This document shows, in pieces, positions 60,910 through 64,000 of a DNA stretch of 64,000 bases. Origin of the DNA: Vicinamibacterales bacterium (lineage in GTDB: Bacteria; Acidobacteriota; Vicinamibacteria; Vicinamibacterales; JAMQPK01); assembly GCA_963825295.1 (NCBI GenBank), contig CAWGSZ010000002.1, positions 31,762 to 95,761 of the forward strand, written 5' to 3'. Made by a program: the position numbers and the translations under genes. Numbering within the stretch: position 1 is the first letter of the stretch; every line of letters starts with the position of its first letter. A model generated the notes under the pieces. The model worked only from the letters and a program-made list of their open reading frames with translations. It was not told where the DNA came from and did no database searches.

Positions 60910-63382
60910 CTACTCCTGTAAAGCGAAGCTGAACACCACGTTGCCGGCCGCGAGCGCGACGTACTGCCGGCCGTCGATCGCGTAGCTCAGCGGCGACGCC
61001 GCATGATTGCCGCCCGTCTGGAAGTGCCACAGATATTTCCCGGTCTTCGTGTCGAGCGCGAGGATGTTCCCGTCGCGCGCAGAGACGAACAGGACGTTGC
61101 CACCGGTGGCGAGCACGCCGTTGTTGAGCGAACCCTGAAACAGCGGGTACGACCACATGGTCTTGCCGGTTTCCGGGTCGATCGCTTTGATGCCCGCGTT
61201 GGGAGCCGGCTGATTGGGACCGCGCGCCGGCGGCGGTCCGGCCGCGCGACCCCGCCCGAGGTACTGTTGCCCCCGGGTAATGGGCTGCGGGGCGCTGGTA
61301 TACACCTGTCCGCCTTCCGAAAACGCAAGATAGAACCATCCGGTCAGCGGGCTGTACGACGGCGCCTGGAAGTTCGTCGCGCCTCCCAGAGTCGGATAAA
61401 CCAGCACGCTGCCTTTCGGGCTGGAGTTCGTTCCGGGAATCGGCTGCGGCCGTCCGTTCGCATCGAATCCCGCATTCCAGTTCTGATAGACGAACGGCGT
61501 GCCGGACAGAAACTTGCCGTTGGTTCTGTCGAGCACGTAGAAATGGCCGTTGCGGTCGGCGTGCATCAGCAGCTTCCGCTTCTCACCGCGCCAGACGCGA
61601 TCGACGAGCACCATGTTCTGCACCGAATCCCAGTCGTGCCCGTCGTCCGGCGTGAATTGATAGTGCCATTTCATCTTGCCGGTGTCGGGATCGAGCGCGA
61701 TCACGGAGTTGCTGAAGAGGTTGTCCATCTCGCCGCGCGCGACGCGATCGAATTCGGGCGCCGGGTTGCCGATGGGCCAGAACACGAGGTTGAGCTCGGG
61801 ATCGTAACGTGCCGGTCAGCCAGGTCGGTGCGCCGCCGGTCTTCCAGCTCTCGCCTTTCCACGTGTCGTTGCCGAACTCGCCGGGCGCGGGAACCGTGTA
61901 CATGCGCCACCGGCGCTTCCCGGTCGCGGCGTCGTAGGCGTCGAGGTGTCCTCGCGTCGCGTACTCGCCGCCGGTCATGCCCGTGATCACCATGTCTTTC
62001 AGGACGAGAGGCGGGCTCGTGATGCTCGATCCCTCCATCGTGTCGACGACCTCGACTTCCCACAGCGGCTGGCCGGTCCGGGCGTCAAGGGCGAAGAGCC
62101 AGCCGTCGAGCGTGCCGACGAACAGCCGGTTGCCGAGCATGGCAACGCCCCGCGCGAACGGATTGATCTCGTAGGGATTGACGGTTTTCTGCTGACGAGT
62201 CCAGCGCCAGATCTGCCGGCCCGTGCGCGCATCAATGGCCGTCACGGTCGCAGGATTGCCGCTGCCCGTCGTGTACATCACGCCGTCGACGACAATCGGC
62301 GTGGCCTGGAGCACGGAAGTCCCGCCGAGGATCGGAAAGCTCCATGCCGGCTTCAACTGACGTGCGTTCGTCGCGGTGATTTGGGTCAGCGGGGAATAGT
62401 GCGTGCCCTGGTAGCTGCCCCAGTACATCGGCCAGTTGTGCGGCTCTGCGCTCGCATTGACGAGGCGCTGATACGGAATGCCGCCGGTGATTTGCTGCGC
62501 GACGGTCTTGCTGAAGTCGCGCGATTGCTGCATCCGGAGGAAGCCCACGAGGTTGGTAATGTCGTCGGGCGACAACCGCTTCGCGTAGTCGCCCGGCATG
62601 AGCGACTGATTTTCGACGGTCACCGGCGTCCGGCTCTTGTCGATCAGATGGAGACGGCCCGATGTGTCGACGATTTGAGCGGAGAACGTGTCTTCGTTCC
62701 TTCGCACGCCGCGAACGTCGCGTCCGTCGGCTCCCTTGAAGACGAGGGTCACTGGAGGTGGACCGCCGCGCCCGCCGCCACCGCCGCGCGCGCCCGGCAC
62801 GGGCGGCAGCGGTTCGTTCGGCGACATGATTTTCTGACGAATGGTGGCAGCCGCCAGACGGCCCGCGTTCGACAGATCGGGACCGGTGACGCCGCCGCGC
62901 GCGTTGATTTCGTGGCAACTCGCGCATCCGGCACGGCCGTAGAACAGCGACTCGCCCGCCGCCACGTCGCCTTCCGGCATAATGGCGCCGCGCGAAGGAC
63001 CCGAAGACGCCGCCGTGTTCTGCAGGCTGCGGATGTAGCTGACGAGCTGCCACACCTGCTCGTCGCGCAGGCCTTTGTAGGGCGGCATCTGCGTGCCCTG
63101 GACGCCCTGGCGGATCGTGCGGAAGAGGTCGGCATCGCTGTCGCCCTGCTTCAATCCCGTGGTGTTCAGCGCGGGACCGCCGCGCCCGGGATCGCCGACA
63201 CCGGCGCCGCCGTGGCACGTCTGGCAGGTGCCGTCATACGTCCGCTGGCCCTCCGCGGCGGCGGTCAGACTGGCCGCCAGTGGATTGGTCACCGTATCAG
63301 CCGCCGGTGGTTGCTGCGCGAACAGCGCACCGGTGGCCACAGCCGCAATTGTGCATGCGACGAGTTTGATTCGGTTGTTCAT
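60910..63382 (-). CDS. PQQ-type beta-propeller dehydrogenase homolog with two N-terminal cytochrome c domains, apparent 1-nt insertion
   Basis: The start is MNNRIKLVACTIAAVATGALFAQ (63382). The heme motifs are CQTCH and CASCH. ORFs 61583..63493 and 60910..61785 join if one A/T is removed at 61806-61807. The junction then reads WLTGTYDPELNLVFWPIGNPAPE. Confidence 0.8.
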
Positions 63383-63402
63383 AGTGTCAGAAACTATACC
63401 CC

Positions 63403-63957
63403 ATGGCCCGAACACCTTCGTCCATGAAAGAGCTGGGAACCGACGCTCCCGACTTCTCCCTTCCGGACGTCGTGACCGGCAAGCAGGTGTCACGACAATC
63501 CGTCGCAGGTCCGAAGGGCATGCTGGCGATGTTCATCTGCCGGCATTGTCCGTTTGTGAAGCACGTGCAGGACGAGCTCGCCCGCATCGGCCGCGATTAT
63601 GCCGGTCGTGGCATGGGCATGGTCGCCATCAGCGCGAACGACGTCACATCGCATCCTGAGGACAGCCCTACGAAGCTGGCATATCAGGCGAAGGAGCTCG
63701 ACTTCACCTTCCCATATCTCTTCGACGAAATGCAGCAGGTGGCTCGCGCGTACGACGCGCAGTGCACGCCCGACTTCTTTCTTTACGACGGCCAGGGCAA
63801 GCTCGTCTACCGCGGCCAGCTCGACGACAGCCGTCCGGGGAGCGACGTCCCCGTCACCGGTAAGGATCTGCGCGCCGCGCTCGACGCCGTCATCGCGGGC
63901 CGGGCCGTTTCTTCCGAGCAACGTCCGAGCATCGGCTGCAACATCAAATGGAGATGA
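63403..63957 (+). CDS. Thioredoxin-fold (redoxin/TlpA-like) protein
   Basis: ORF 63403..63957. It has an APDFSLPD motif and a CRHC redox motif in a thioredoxin-like context. Confidence 0.8.
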   Translation: MARTPSSMKELGTDAPDFSLPDVVTGKQVSRQSVAGPKGMLAMFICRHCPFVKHVQDELARIGRDYAGRGMGMVAISANDVTSHPEDSPTKLAYQAKELDFTFPYLFDEMQQVARAYDAQCTPDFFLYDGQGKLVYRGQLDDSRPGSDVPVTGKDLRAALDAVIAGRAVSSEQRPSIGCNIKWR

Positions 63958-64000
63958 ACGCGGGAGCGACGATCAGGGTCGTTCAGTTGCAACAGGGTTC

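Noticed and set aside
1-64000. A genomic island, prophage, integron or defence island.
   Set aside because: I recognised no integrase, transposase, recombinase, phage structural, restriction-modification, toxin-antitoxin, reverse transcriptase or cas-like proteins. Gene content is housekeeping, envelope or sensory throughout, and codon usage looks uniform by eye.

Overview
This is a GC-rich, densely packed bacterial chromosomal segment with about 56 protein-coding genes, many joined by ATGA/GTGA/TGATG start-stop overlaps. The gene content suggests an Acidobacteriota-like soil bacterium, but that is inference only. That content includes an alternative complex III operon, several TolB-propeller sensor proteins, a DUF1800/DUF1501 pair, bshA/bshB, a MoxR-DUF58-VWA (Bat-like) operon and a PQQ quinoprotein. 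I recognised no rRNA, tRNA, CRISPR, transposase, integrase, phage or known defence genes. I cannot point to a multi-gene protein system that I would call novel. Four things are not explained by ordinary annotation. (1) Almost every intergenic spacer is built from short imperfect tandem arrays with 7-, 8- or 9-bp units. They belong to a few recurring families: GGGATTA, CTAGAAT/CTGAAAA, AAAAGTG, GATGGCA, NCGACTT, AGAAGATC, NNACGAACC, RAGAGTCNN and NATCGCACC. Many are arranged with dyad symmetry. Some form G-quadruplex motifs on the sense strand at translation starts, and some are read through as protein tails. (2) A palindromic element with arms of about 22-24 bp occurs twice, once as an exact 60-bp in-frame block inside the actB1 coding sequence. 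(3) A 600-bp non-coding region (5725-6329) is full of long inverted repeats. (4) About ten single-base frameshifts interrupt otherwise intact conserved genes. Several lie in short homopolymers, so they look like consensus indel errors. They create artificial fused or split ORFs in the supplied ORF track. All functional calls rest on motifs I could read in the translations. No database search was run.
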